64,000 nucleotides of DNA from assembly GCA_965215015.1 (NCBI GenBank), contig OZ244042.1, positions 5,312,001 through 5,376,000 of the forward strand. Reading direction: 5' to 3'. The stretch comes from Candidatus Poribacteria bacterium (lineage in GTDB: Bacteria > Poribacteria > WGA-4E > PCPOR2b). Within the stretch, counting starts at the first letter, position 1. Every line of letters starts with the position of its first letter. The notes under the pieces are model-generated. The model saw only the letters and a list, made by a program, of their open reading frames with translations, searched no databases and was not told the DNA's origin. This document shows, one piece after another, positions 31,080 to 40,397 of the stretch. The position numbers and the translations under genes were made by a program.

Positions 31080-31739
31080 ATGAAACAGAGAAGCTTTACC
31101 CATCAATTGACTGTGTGGGCCGTGGCCGTTGCCATTCTAATCATCGTCTATCCAGCACAAGCGTCAATCGTCGGTGCGTTGACATTAGACGATTTGCTAC
31201 GCGGTTCAACACTGATTGTCCAAGGCGAGGTCTCGCGAATCCACAGCCAGTTCGACCCAAACCACAGAACAATCTATACGGAACTTGATATTAGATACCG
31301 CGCTAACGATGGCATCCTCTTTGAGGACCGTGAAAAGAATGACAGCGTCAGAAGGCGCTCTCCCAATACTGTGACACTTAAATTGCTCGGTGGCAGTGCC
31401 AATGTGCCTACGCCCCAAGGCGTCAAGAGACGGGTCTTAGTGGTTGTGGGCAACCCCGGATTTCAAGTCGGTGAAAGGGTGCTGCTGTTTGCGTCTCCGG
31501 GAAAAAATGAGTTTTTGGGTTTCTTTCGGTTGTCTGGTATGGCACAAGGGAAGTGGCGTATCGAAAACGGCGTAGCGAAACGGAGCAGCGGCGGGGCTCA
31601 AATTATTGGTCAGTTGCAAGAGGAATTAGCGGAGTTACCGATTGGTGAATTGGGACGCCGGATTGAGCAAGCGATTCAGAAGTTAATCGGTGAGAGACAG
31701 GAGCAGAACCCTGAAGGTCCAGAGAAACCGAGGGATTAG
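31080..31739 (+). CDS. Secreted hypothetical protein resembling the NTR/OB-like domain often found N-terminal to bacterial matrixins
   Basis: Signal peptide ending AQA; LTLDDLL..STLIVQGEV, TIYT, LLGG, GNPGFQVGERVLLF, GMAQGKW. Family assignment is from recalled pattern only. Confidence 0.65.
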   Translation: MKQRSFTHQLTVWAVAVAILIIVYPAQASIVGALTLDDLLRGSTLIVQGEVSRIHSQFDPNHRTIYTELDIRYRANDGILFEDREKNDSVRRRSPNTVTLKLLGGSANVPTPQGVKRRVLVVVGNPGFQVGERVLLFASPGKNEFLGFFRLSGMAQGKWRIENGVAKRSSGGAQIIGQLQEELAELPIGELGRRIEQAIQKLIGERQEQNPEGPEKPRD

Positions 31740-31751
31740 GAGGGGGACGCC

Positions 31752-32738
31752 ATGTTCAGGCTATCCTATGACAAAAGACTGTTCCGTTTGGCCATTTCAA
31801 TTTTCTTATTATTGATAGCGAAAATCCCGGACTTCGCTGCTGCTGCGGAGGGTAAACTTGTCTTCAGCCATAGGGGTGAATTGTGGACGATGAACCCCGA
31901 CGGCACCAATCGGCAAGCTCTAGGCATTGAAGGGGGGCAACCGAGTTGGTCGCCAGATGGCAGCCAAATTGTGTTTATAGTTTACCACCGTGGCGATAAA
32001 ACGCAAGGCAAAAACCGGTTTATCGAAACGTTCATCATCAATGCTGACGGGAGTGACCGGCGTTTACTGATGAGTACCCAACATTTAGAGGGGAAAATGG
32101 ATTTTAGTCCCGCTTGGTCTCCGGATGGCAGCCGCATCGCTTTCTCCTCTGATCGTCCCGGGCAATATGACATTTTCGTGATTGATGTTTCGGGGGAGAA
32201 TCTGGCCAATTTGACGAATTCACCAGAGATTCATGAATACGCCCCATCGTGGTCTCCGGATGGGACGCATATCCTGTATAAATCATGGGATGACCACTTT
32301 CACACGCTGCGTTTAGCCGATGGGCATAAAACACAGGTGACTCAGGCCCAAGGGGATCGCCGCAATCCCGTCTGGTCTGCGGATGGGAAACAGATTGCCT
32401 TCGCCGGCGATGTACGGGGTGAGGTAGATAATTTGGATATCTATATCATGGACATCGAAACCGGCGTCGAAAAACGACTGACAGTCCACCCTGACGAGGA
32501 TTTTTGCCCTGCGTGGTCGCCGGATGGGGCGTATATTGTGTTTGAGTCCGATAGGGGGGATAGGGGTTACGATCTCTATCGTATCACGGTCGCTTCAGGA
32601 GAAGTGGTCCGGTTAACCCAGCTCCATGAAGGCAATGGATTTTCCCCGGATTGGTGTTGCATCGGGGAGAGGCCGGCAAACGTCAATCCGCGCCATAGCG
32701 AACTAATTCGGTGGGGACAGTTGAAGGTCGATCACTGA
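31752..32738 (+). CDS. Secreted PD40/TolB-like beta-propeller, copy B
   Basis: As copy A. Confidence 0.9.
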   Translation: MFRLSYDKRLFRLAISIFLLLIAKIPDFAAAAEGKLVFSHRGELWTMNPDGTNRQALGIEGGQPSWSPDGSQIVFIVYHRGDKTQGKNRFIETFIINADGSDRRLLMSTQHLEGKMDFSPAWSPDGSRIAFSSDRPGQYDIFVIDVSGENLANLTNSPEIHEYAPSWSPDGTHILYKSWDDHFHTLRLADGHKTQVTQAQGDRRNPVWSADGKQIAFAGDVRGEVDNLDIYIMDIETGVEKRLTVHPDEDFCPAWSPDGAYIVFESDRGDRGYDLYRITVASGEVVRLTQLHEGNGFSPDWCCIGERPANVNPRHSELIRWGQLKVDH

Positions 32739-32795
32739 TTAAACGGATTAAAGGATTCCGCAGATTAAATCCGCAAGGTCAAAAGGAGAAGATAG

Positions 32796-33764
32796 ATGTT
32801 ACCTCGAGCGACATTCACGCTACTGTTTGCGATTATACTGAATTTACTCCTGTTTCCTCTTGCGGCTGCTGCTGCGGAGGGTAAGCTTGTCTTCAGCCAT
32901 AGGGTTGAATTGTGGACGATGAACCCCGACGGCACCAATCCGCAAGCTCTAGGCATTGAAGGGAGGCAACCGAGTTGGGCGCCAGATGGCAGCCAAATTG
33001 TGTTTATAGTTTACCACCGTGGCGATAAAACGCAAGGCAAAAACCGGTTTACCGAAACGTTCATCATCAATGCCGACGGGAGCGACCGGCGTTTACTGAT
33101 GAGTACCCAACATTTAGAGGAGAAAATGGATTTTAGTCCCACTTGGTCTCCGGATGGCAGCCGCATCGCTTTCTCCTCTAATCGTCCCGGGCAATATGAC
33201 ATTTTCGTGATTGATGTTGCGGGCGAGAATCTGACCAATTTGACGAATTCACCAGAGATTCATGAATGGGTTCCATCGTGGTCTCCGGATGGGACGCGTA
33301 TTCTGTATAAATCATGGGATGACCACTTTCACACGCTGCGTTTAGCCGATGGGCATAAAACACAGGTGACTCAGGCCCAAGGAGATCGCCGCTTCCCCGT
33401 CTGGTCGCCGGATGGGAAACAGATTGCCTTCGCCGGCGATGTACGGGGTGAGGTAGATAATTTGGATATCTATATCATGGACATCGAAACCGGCGTCGAA
33501 AAACGACTGACAATCCACCCTGACGATGATTTTCGCCCTGCGTGGTCGCCGGATGGGAAGCATATCGTGTTTGAATCCGAGGGGGATGGGGGTTACGATC
33601 TCTATCGCATCACGGTCGCTTCACGAGAAGTGGTCCGGTTAACCCAGCTCCATGAAGTCAATGGATTTTTCTCAGATTGGTGTTGCATCGGGGTGTGGCC
33701 GGCAAACGTTAATCCGCGCCATCGCGAACTAATTCGGTGGGGACAGTTGAAAGTCGATCGCTGA
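32796..33764 (+). CDS. Secreted PD40/TolB-like beta-propeller, copy C (matrixin-derived signal peptide)
   Basis: As copy A; N-terminus MLPRATFTLLFAIILNLLL. Confidence 0.9.
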   Translation: MLPRATFTLLFAIILNLLLFPLAAAAAEGKLVFSHRVELWTMNPDGTNPQALGIEGRQPSWAPDGSQIVFIVYHRGDKTQGKNRFTETFIINADGSDRRLLMSTQHLEEKMDFSPTWSPDGSRIAFSSNRPGQYDIFVIDVAGENLTNLTNSPEIHEWVPSWSPDGTRILYKSWDDHFHTLRLADGHKTQVTQAQGDRRFPVWSPDGKQIAFAGDVRGEVDNLDIYIMDIETGVEKRLTIHPDDDFRPAWSPDGKHIVFESEGDGGYDLYRITVASREVVRLTQLHEVNGFFSDWCCIGVWPANVNPRHRELIRWGQLKVDR

Positions 33765-33821
33765 TTAAGCAGATTAAAGGATTCCGCAGATTAAATCCGC
33801 AAGGTCAAAAGGAGAAGATAG

Positions 33822-34790
33822 ATGTTACCTCGAGCGACATTCACGCTACTGTTTGCGATTATACTGAATTTACTCCTGTTTCCTCTTGCGGCTGTTGGTG
33901 CGGAGGGTAAACTTGTCTTCAGCCATAGGGTTGAATTGTGGACGATGAACCCCGACGGCACCAATCGGCAAGCTCTAGGCATTGAAGGGGGGGAACCGAG
34001 TTGGTCGCCAGATGGAAGCCAAATTGTGTTTATAGTTTACCACCGTGGCGATAAAACGCAAGGCAAAAACCGGTTTATCGAAACGTTCATCATCAATGCT
34101 GATGGGAGCGACCGGCGTTTACTGATGAGTACCCAACATTTAGAGGGGAGATTGGATAGCCTTCCGGTCTGGTCTCCAGATGGCAGCCGCATCGCTTTCT
34201 TCTCTAATCGTCCCGGGCAATATGACATTTTCGTGATTGATGTTTCGGGAGAGAATCTGACCAATTTAACTAATTCACCAGAGATTCATGAATACGTCCC
34301 ATCGTGGTCTCCGGATGGGACGCATATCCTGTATCAATCATGGGATGACCACTTTCACACGCTGCGTTTAGCCGATGGGCATAAAACACAGGTGACTCAG
34401 GCCCAAGGAGATCGCCGCAATCCCGTCTGGTCTGCGGATGGGAAACAGATTGCCTTCGCCGGCGATGTACAGGGTGAGGTAGATAACCTGGATATCTATA
34501 TCATGGACATCGAAACCGGCGTCGAAAAACGACTGACAGTCCACCCTGACGAGGATTTTCGCCCTGCATGGTCTCCGGATGGGGCGTATATCGTGTTTGA
34601 ATCTGAGGGGGATGGGGGGTACGATCTCTATCGCATCACGGTCGCTTCGCGAGAAGTGGTCCGGTTAACCCAGCTCCATGAAGGCAATGGATTTTCCCCG
34701 GATTGGTGTTGCATCGGGGTGTGGCCGGCAAACGTTAATCCGCGCTATAGCGAACTAATTCGGTGGGGACAGTTGAAGGTCGATCGCTGA
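33822..34790 (+). CDS. Secreted PD40/TolB-like beta-propeller, copy D (matrixin-derived signal peptide)
   Basis: As copy C; 1026-bp period. Confidence 0.9.
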   Translation: MLPRATFTLLFAIILNLLLFPLAAVGAEGKLVFSHRVELWTMNPDGTNRQALGIEGGEPSWSPDGSQIVFIVYHRGDKTQGKNRFIETFIINADGSDRRLLMSTQHLEGRLDSLPVWSPDGSRIAFFSNRPGQYDIFVIDVSGENLTNLTNSPEIHEYVPSWSPDGTHILYQSWDDHFHTLRLADGHKTQVTQAQGDRRNPVWSADGKQIAFAGDVQGEVDNLDIYIMDIETGVEKRLTVHPDEDFRPAWSPDGAYIVFESEGDGGYDLYRITVASREVVRLTQLHEGNGFSPDWCCIGVWPANVNPRYSELIRWGQLKVDR

Positions 34791-34847
34791 TTAAGCAGAT
34801 TAAAGGATTCCGCAGATTAAATCCGCAAGATTAAAAGGAGAAGATAG

Positions 34848-36551
34848 ATGTTACCTCGAGCGACATTCACGCTACTGTTTGCGATTATACTGAATTTACT
34901 CCTGTTGTCGAATTGGGTGGTTGCAAGTGATGGAGTTTTCACACTAATGAAGCCGCTCACATCGGACTTCAGTGTTGACGATAGAGATTATTGGGATATG
35001 CAGTATATTAACCCACTTACCGATACCGCCCCCCATTTTTTCGCGCATCAATCACACCCCGTGATTACGTACTATATTGCCGCATCGCGGCCAGATGAGG
35101 GTGAAACGAGTGGCACTCAGAACGTCACCGGCACGGAGGTTAGGAAAATTCGAGAGGCTTTCAAAGATTGGGGGCAGGTTACAATTGGAAACGTCGTTCA
35201 CGGCAACCGTCGATCCGCGATTGAATTTATCGAAGGCGGCAAGGTCCCCCCAGATGCCGAGGGCAGATATAACCTCATTGACGATAACAAAAATGTTATC
35301 TACTGGAGTGCTGACAATGGCTTTTTCGGAAGCGATATAGATTTTACAACTCAAGATTGTAGGGCTGGGACTTTAGCGGTTACTTTACTGACCTTCGATG
35401 TGACGGACCCCAATCAGGTCAAAATCGCCGACGCCGATATCGCTTTGAATGGGTCGTTAAATGAGATACTAACGAATCGGCCGAGAGATTATAAATGGAC
35501 CACCAGCGATGGCTTTGACCAGAAGGGCCGTCTCAAGAGGTGTGAGGCGGATATACAAGGGGTTGTCACCCACGAAATTGGGCATCTGCTCGGCATCGGT
35601 CATTCCCCACGGCCAAATAACTCTCAGACCCCTGATGATGTAACGATGTGGGATGGAGATAGCTGGTCAGTATACCTTTTCGACGATTGGGATACCATGC
35701 GAGACTTATCAAACGACGACATCGCCGCCATCCAGTATATGTACGGCAATCCATCCGCAGCGGATCCCGATGACTATCCCCTCCACGTGCCGCGGGTTTT
35801 CCAAAGCATTGAAGAGGCAGCCGAATTTGCCGCGGCGTCTTCGTTTGCTCAGACGATACTCGTCAGTGCCAACGCCAGCCTTGTTGATCCGGTGGATAGG
35901 GCATCAACGACTCCCATAACAGTCGTAATCTCTGCTAAGGACCGGTTGAAAATCGAGGGTTCTATAAACATCAGCTGTCAAACAGGTGCGAAACTCGAAA
36001 TTCAAGGTGCCCTTATCGCTAATGCGGTGGGCTTTCAGTCAACGACGTCGAGCGAAAAATGGGGTGGGATAGTTCTCAAGAACGAGGGAGAGGTTCAACT
36101 CACTAACTGCACGTTAAGCGACGCGCTCACCGCCATCACATGCGAAAATCCCACAGGGACCGTCATCATCCAAAACTGCACCTTCGAGAGCAACGACCAG
36201 GATATTTTCGGCTGTGCCGCTGCCTCGCCGGCACCGATGCGGGTAGACTCTATTCCCCGAACGAACAAACTCTTGCTGAACTATCCGAACCCGTCCAATC
36301 CTGAAACGTGGATTCCGTATCAGCTTGCCAGCGATGCCGATGTACAGATTTTAATCTATGATACAGAAGGGGAGTTGGTGCGTCGGTTAGATTTAGGTCA
36401 TCAGGGGGCAGGCTATTACACGGATCTGGGTCAATCCGCGTATTGGGACGGTCGCAACGAACGGGGAGAATCGGTGGCAAGTGGAGTGTACTTCTGCACA
36501 CTGACGGCCGATGACTACACCGAAACCCGTAAGATGCTGATTCTGAAGTAG
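34848..36551 (+). CDS. Secreted matrixin (M10/MMP-like) zinc metalloprotease with beta-helix-like segment and FlgD-Ig/T9SS-like C-terminal domain
   Basis: HEIGHLLGIGHS (HExxHxxGxxH), Met-turn VTMW, LSNDDIAAIQYMYG; CTD NYPNPSNPETWIPYQL...WDGRNERGESVASGVYF...RKMLILK. Confidence 0.9.
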   Translation: MLPRATFTLLFAIILNLLLLSNWVVASDGVFTLMKPLTSDFSVDDRDYWDMQYINPLTDTAPHFFAHQSHPVITYYIAASRPDEGETSGTQNVTGTEVRKIREAFKDWGQVTIGNVVHGNRRSAIEFIEGGKVPPDAEGRYNLIDDNKNVIYWSADNGFFGSDIDFTTQDCRAGTLAVTLLTFDVTDPNQVKIADADIALNGSLNEILTNRPRDYKWTTSDGFDQKGRLKRCEADIQGVVTHEIGHLLGIGHSPRPNNSQTPDDVTMWDGDSWSVYLFDDWDTMRDLSNDDIAAIQYMYGNPSAADPDDYPLHVPRVFQSIEEAAEFAAASSFAQTILVSANASLVDPVDRASTTPITVVISAKDRLKIEGSINISCQTGAKLEIQGALIANAVGFQSTTSSEKWGGIVLKNEGEVQLTNCTLSDALTAITCENPTGTVIIQNCTFESNDQDIFGCAAASPAPMRVDSIPRTNKLLLNYPNPSNPETWIPYQLASDADVQILIYDTEGELVRRLDLGHQGAGYYTDLGQSAYWDGRNERGESVASGVYFCTLTADDYTETRKMLILK

Positions 36552-36655
36552 TGGCAGGCTCGTGCGTCTGTCAATTGATGAAAATTACACGATCTGAGTT
36601 TAGTTATCTATTTGATGCAATAGGTAGCAACTTAGGTTAGATTAAGGAGATATAG

Positions 36656-37081
36656 ATGGCTAAGAAGGTTGCCGGGGTTGTTAAACTTCAGCTGATATCC
36701 GGGCAGGCGACGCCGAATCCACCTGTTGGTCCGAGCCTCGCCCCTTATATGATTAATATCCCGGAATTTATCAAGTCTTTTAACGGTCGAACGCAGGATC
36801 AACAGGGGTTAGTGGTTACGACTGTTGTCACCTGTTACGCAGATCGTTCGTTCACTTTTGAAGTGAAATCGCCGCCGACAGCTGTGTTGTTGAAGCAGGC
36901 AGCAAAGCTGGCGAAAGGGTCCGGCGAGCCCAACCGCAATAAGGTCGCTTCCGTAACATCGACGCAGGTTCAGGAGATAGCCCAAACGAAGTTGCCAGAT
37001 CTGAATACAACCAGCTTGGAATCTGCGGTGCGGATGGTTGCAGGGACGGCACGGAGCATGGGAATTACTATCAATCAATAA
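36656..37081 (+). CDS. rplK: 50S ribosomal protein L11
   Basis: MAKKV...[11 protein letters not shown]...GTARSMGI. Confidence 0.97.
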   Translation: MAKKVAGVVKLQLISGQATPNPPVGPSLAPYMINIPEFIKSFNGRTQDQQGLVVTTVVTCYADRSFTFEVKSPPTAVLLKQAAKLAKGSGEPNRNKVASVTSTQVQEIAQTKLPDLNTTSLESAVRMVAGTARSMGITINQ

Positions 37082-37099
37082 TTGTTGGAGAGGATGACA

Positions 37100-37798
37100 A
37101 TGGGCAAAAGAGGAAGAAGATACCGTGAAGGTTCACAACTGGTTGACCGCTTAAAGCTGTACGATTTAGATGAAGGTGTGCAGCTGTTGAAAAAGTCTGC
37201 GTCAGCAAAGTTTGAAGAGACGGTCGATTTGGCGGTACATCTTGGCGTAGATCCCCGGCACGCGGATCAGAATATCCGGGGCACTGTTTCTTTACCGCAT
37301 GGCACCGGTCAGGAGATACGCGTTGTTGTTTTCGCTCAAGGGGATAAGGCTCGTGAGGCAGAAGAGGCGGGAGCCGATGCGGTTGGCACCGATGACCTCG
37401 TCGAAAAGATTGTTGATGGCTGGTTGGACTTTGACGCAACTGTTGCGACCCCGGATTTGATGCGGTCGATCATGCCGAAGTTGGGGCGGATTCTCGGGCC
37501 GAGAGGCTTAATGCCGAATGCAAAAGCAGGAACTGTCACTATGGATGTGGCAGAGATAATTCGCAGCATTAAAGCTGGGCAGATTGAGTATCGAGTCGAG
37601 AAGCAATCGGGAGTGATTCAGGCCCCTGTAGGCAAAGCTTCGTTTGACAATCATCAAATTAAAGAAAACATCCAAGCGGTGATGGGTGCCCTGATGCGGG
37701 CCCGTCCGTCTTCTATCAAAGGAAGATATGTGAAGACTATTGCAGTCTCATCAACGATGGGCGTTGGAATTCGTCTAGAGCCGCAGCAGTTTAGCTAA
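37100..37798 (+). CDS. rplA: 50S ribosomal protein L1
   Basis: AKFEETVD, DQNIRGTVSLPHGTG, LGRILGPRGLMPN, SSTMG. Confidence 0.97.
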   Translation: MGKRGRRYREGSQLVDRLKLYDLDEGVQLLKKSASAKFEETVDLAVHLGVDPRHADQNIRGTVSLPHGTGQEIRVVVFAQGDKAREAEEAGADAVGTDDLVEKIVDGWLDFDATVATPDLMRSIMPKLGRILGPRGLMPNAKAGTVTMDVAEIIRSIKAGQIEYRVEKQSGVIQAPVGKASFDNHQIKENIQAVMGALMRARPSSIKGRYVKTIAVSSTMGVGIRLEPQQFS

Positions 37799-37862
37799 AT
37801 TGAACACAATAAGCCATTAACGATTTATTACCAAAATTGAATACATGATACTGACTGTAGCT

Positions 37863-38027
37863 ATCGTCGTAGACAGTGGGTGCAATTCTGCTTAAACGAA
37901 TATTCGGCCTACCGAGGCGGATGTGCTATTTACCAATTTCTACTTTCGGACCGGATTGATAGAAACTGGTAGGTGCGATCCATAGATGTGGAAATAAAGC
38001 CTCCTATACGACAGGAGGTTTTTTTTA
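37863..38027 (+). ncRNA. Ribosomal protein L10 leader with attenuator hairpin
   Basis: CGTAGACAGTGGGTGC...CTTAA...CCTACCGAGG pattern, then GCCTCCT..AGGAGGT+T8, directly upstream of rplJ. Confidence 0.8.
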
Positions 38028-38069
38028 TGTCGGGTGCGAGTGACCGAACTAAAAGAGAGGGGGTATCGA

Positions 38070-38636
38070 ATGCCTAATGAAAAAAATATCCAACAGGTAG
38101 AAAGCATTCGAGAGGATTTCCGGAGCTCGGAAGTCATTATCCTGACAGAGTATCAAGGATTGACTGTTGAGGAGATAAACGAGTTACGGAATCAATGTCG
38201 TGAGGCGGAAGTCCAATATAAAGTTTATAAGAACACACTTATCAATGTTGTCGCTCAAGAGTTAGAGATTGAAGGTTTAGAACCTTACCTTCAGGGGACC
38301 ACAGCCGTTGCAATGGGCAACGATCCGGCTGCATCCGCAAGGATTTTAAGGGATTTTAGCAGCGAACATGAAAATCTGAAAATTAAGGGGGGTATACTTG
38401 GTAAGAGGACCATTGACGCGACAGCAACTGAAGGGTTGGTCGATATGCCATCGAGGGAACAACTGATTGCCATTGCTGTCGGTGGTCTGAAGGCTCCCAT
38501 TTCCGGGCTTGTCAATGTCCTGCACCAGGGTTCTCCGCTGACTGGGCTTGTTAATGTTCTGGATGGTTCACTCCGTCAGGTAACGACGGTATTACAGGCG
38601 ATTGCTGATCAGAAGAAAGAGGCTGAATCAGCTTAA
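38070..38636 (+). CDS. rplJ: 50S ribosomal protein L10
   Basis: EYQGLTV, YKVYKNTL, LQGTTAVA, IKGG, MPSREQL. Confidence 0.95.
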   Translation: MPNEKNIQQVESIREDFRSSEVIILTEYQGLTVEEINELRNQCREAEVQYKVYKNTLINVVAQELEIEGLEPYLQGTTAVAMGNDPAASARILRDFSSEHENLKIKGGILGKRTIDATATEGLVDMPSREQLIAIAVGGLKAPISGLVNVLHQGSPLTGLVNVLDGSLRQVTTVLQAIADQKKEAESA

Positions 38637-38716
38637 CTTGGGTTAAACACGGTCTTCAGCAATCAGATAAAGGTTGAGTGCTGATGGACTCTATTTTTTA
38701 AGAAAGGAACGTAACA

Positions 38717-39121
38717 ATGGCTGATGTTGAAAAACTAATCGATGAGATTAGTAATATGACAGTTTTAGAGCTTTCCGAATTGGTAAAGGCACTTGAAGAT
38801 AAGTTTGGTGTGAGTGCTGCTGCCGCTGCGCCGATGATGATGGCACCCGGCGTGGTGCCGGGAGCGGCAGAAGGTGCCGCGGCTGACGCTGCCCCTGAAG
38901 AAGAGGAGCAGACCGAGTTCGATGTCCAGTTGAAAGAGATTGGACCGAGTAAGATTCCGGTGATTAAAGAGGTGCGTGCGGTCACCGGGCTCGGACTTAA
39001 AGAAGCCAAAGAGGCGGTTGAGGCTGCGCCAAACGTTATTAAGGAAGGCGTTAGCAAAGAGGAAGCTGAGGAGATTAAGAGTAAGTTGGAAGCTGTTGAT
39101 GCAGTCGTAGAAATTCTCTAA
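38717..39121 (+). CDS. rplL: 50S ribosomal protein L7/L12
   Basis: [50 protein letters not shown]. Confidence 0.97.
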   Translation: MADVEKLIDEISNMTVLELSELVKALEDKFGVSAAAAAPMMMAPGVVPGAAEGAAADAAPEEEEQTEFDVQLKEIGPSKIPVIKEVRAVTGLGLKEAKEAVEAAPNVIKEGVSKEEAEEIKSKLEAVDAVVEIL

Positions 39122-39145
39122 TCCTTAACTTTGCTCAATTTACAT

Positions 39146-39186
39146 AAACCCATTGTAGTCTTATGGCTGCGATGGGTTTTTCTTTT
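39146..39186 (+). terminator. Rho-independent terminator after rplL
   Basis: AAACCCATTGTAGTC-TTAT-GGCTGCGATGGGTTT followed by a T-rich tail. Confidence 0.75.
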
Positions 39187-39219
39187 GGCTCATGTTAAGA
39201 AATCGTGCAACAGAGTCCA

Positions 39220-39420
39220 AGACCCCCTTCTATCCCCCCGCAAGCAGGGGGGACGTTCCAAGCCCCCCCTCTATCCCCCCGCAAGCAGGGGGAGAGCCAA
39301 GGGCCATTCGGTTGCGCCTACCACTGATAAATAACGGGTGGAGGACGTTCTAAGCTCCCCCTACCCCCCCCACAAGCGGAGGGGAAGATAACCGTGGGGG
39401 TATTCGGGATTAGAGGGGTG
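39220..39420. repeat. C/G-rich palindromic repeat cluster
   Basis: Three CCCCCC(G/A)CAAGC..GGGG units and the GGGTATTCGGGATT module. Confidence 0.8.
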
Positions 39421-39543
39421 CCTGTCCATCGAAGATTCTCGGACCGGGGATAAGTTTACCCCGTCAAATGTCAACAGAACTTAATCAACCAATGAACAGA
39501 TGGTTTTCACGCTTCAGGTTCTCGGTGTAGAGGGCTAACCTGC

Positions 39544-40377
39544 ATGGTGCTTATCTTTTATCTCGTTTTTAGCCAATTAGCGGTCGGCGGTCTTGCGCTG
39601 CTGCTCATCATACCTAAGGACTTGGTGGGACGCGGATTTTACCGACTCATGGCACTGATTTACCTGCTTGTCATGGTCTTTGCGCGTTGTGCGAACTTGG
39701 CAATCAACGGCAATTCCGTCAGTCTTAGTAATTTCTTCCTGGCATGGGAGGGACACGATTCCATTTTTGTCCTTGTGTTCTGTTTGTTCCTCCTTCTGTA
39801 TACGATAAGTTTGTGGTTGAAACAGCTTTTAATTAATCGCCTCTTATTAGTTGTGGGTGCAATCTACGGTATCATCTGGATGGTATACAGCGCACAATCC
39901 TATGCGGAGTTGATTGACATTCCTGCGGGAAAATTTCTGTTGTCCGCACAATTTCTTGTTTCCGCCGTTTTGTTAGGTTCTGTCAATAGCGGCATGTGGT
40001 TTGGGCATTGGTATCTTGTGACCCCCAACCTGCCCGTTATCCACCTGAAGCGATTCAATCAAATCTTCTTGGTGTCGCTGCTTTTATCAATTTCGTTTTT
40101 CATACTAAATGTATGTCTTCGATGGCAGGCAGTGGAGGTGAGTCCACTGAATTTTTTTCATCAGGTTGCATTTTGGTTGCGGCTTCTCATCGGATTTGGC
40201 GGATCCGCACTGCTATATATCATTATTTGGGATTGCCTGCGCGATAAATCCACCCAGCGGGATGTCGTCGGGGCGACCCGCGCTGCAACCGGGTTTCTCT
40301 ACATTGCTATGTTGACAGTATTTATAGGTGAGTTTTGCGGGCGGCTGCTGCTTTTGGAAGTGCGGTTTATCTTGTAA
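39544..40377 (+). CDS. Polytopic membrane protein (~8 TM, GHWYL motif)
   Basis: Hydrophobic throughout; MWFGHWYLVTPNLP and AATGFLY motifs. Confidence 0.75.
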   Translation: MVLIFYLVFSQLAVGGLALLLIIPKDLVGRGFYRLMALIYLLVMVFARCANLAINGNSVSLSNFFLAWEGHDSIFVLVFCLFLLLYTISLWLKQLLINRLLLVVGAIYGIIWMVYSAQSYAELIDIPAGKFLLSAQFLVSAVLLGSVNSGMWFGHWYLVTPNLPVIHLKRFNQIFLVSLLLSISFFILNVCLRWQAVEVSPLNFFHQVAFWLRLLIGFGGSALLYIIIWDCLRDKSTQRDVVGATRAATGFLYIAMLTVFIGEFCGRLLLLEVRFIL

Positions 40378-40397
40378 TTGTGGAAAGGAGGCGGGGC

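Noticed and set aside
29486-34790. Diversity-generating retroelement acting on the propeller genes
   Set aside because: No reverse transcriptase or non-coding template repeat is present. Differences are not adenine-specific and are shared in blocks between copies, which fits gene conversion.
29486-34790. Calling these genes tolB
   Set aside because: They lack the TolB N-terminal domain and have no tolQRA/pal neighbours; only PD40 blades are present.
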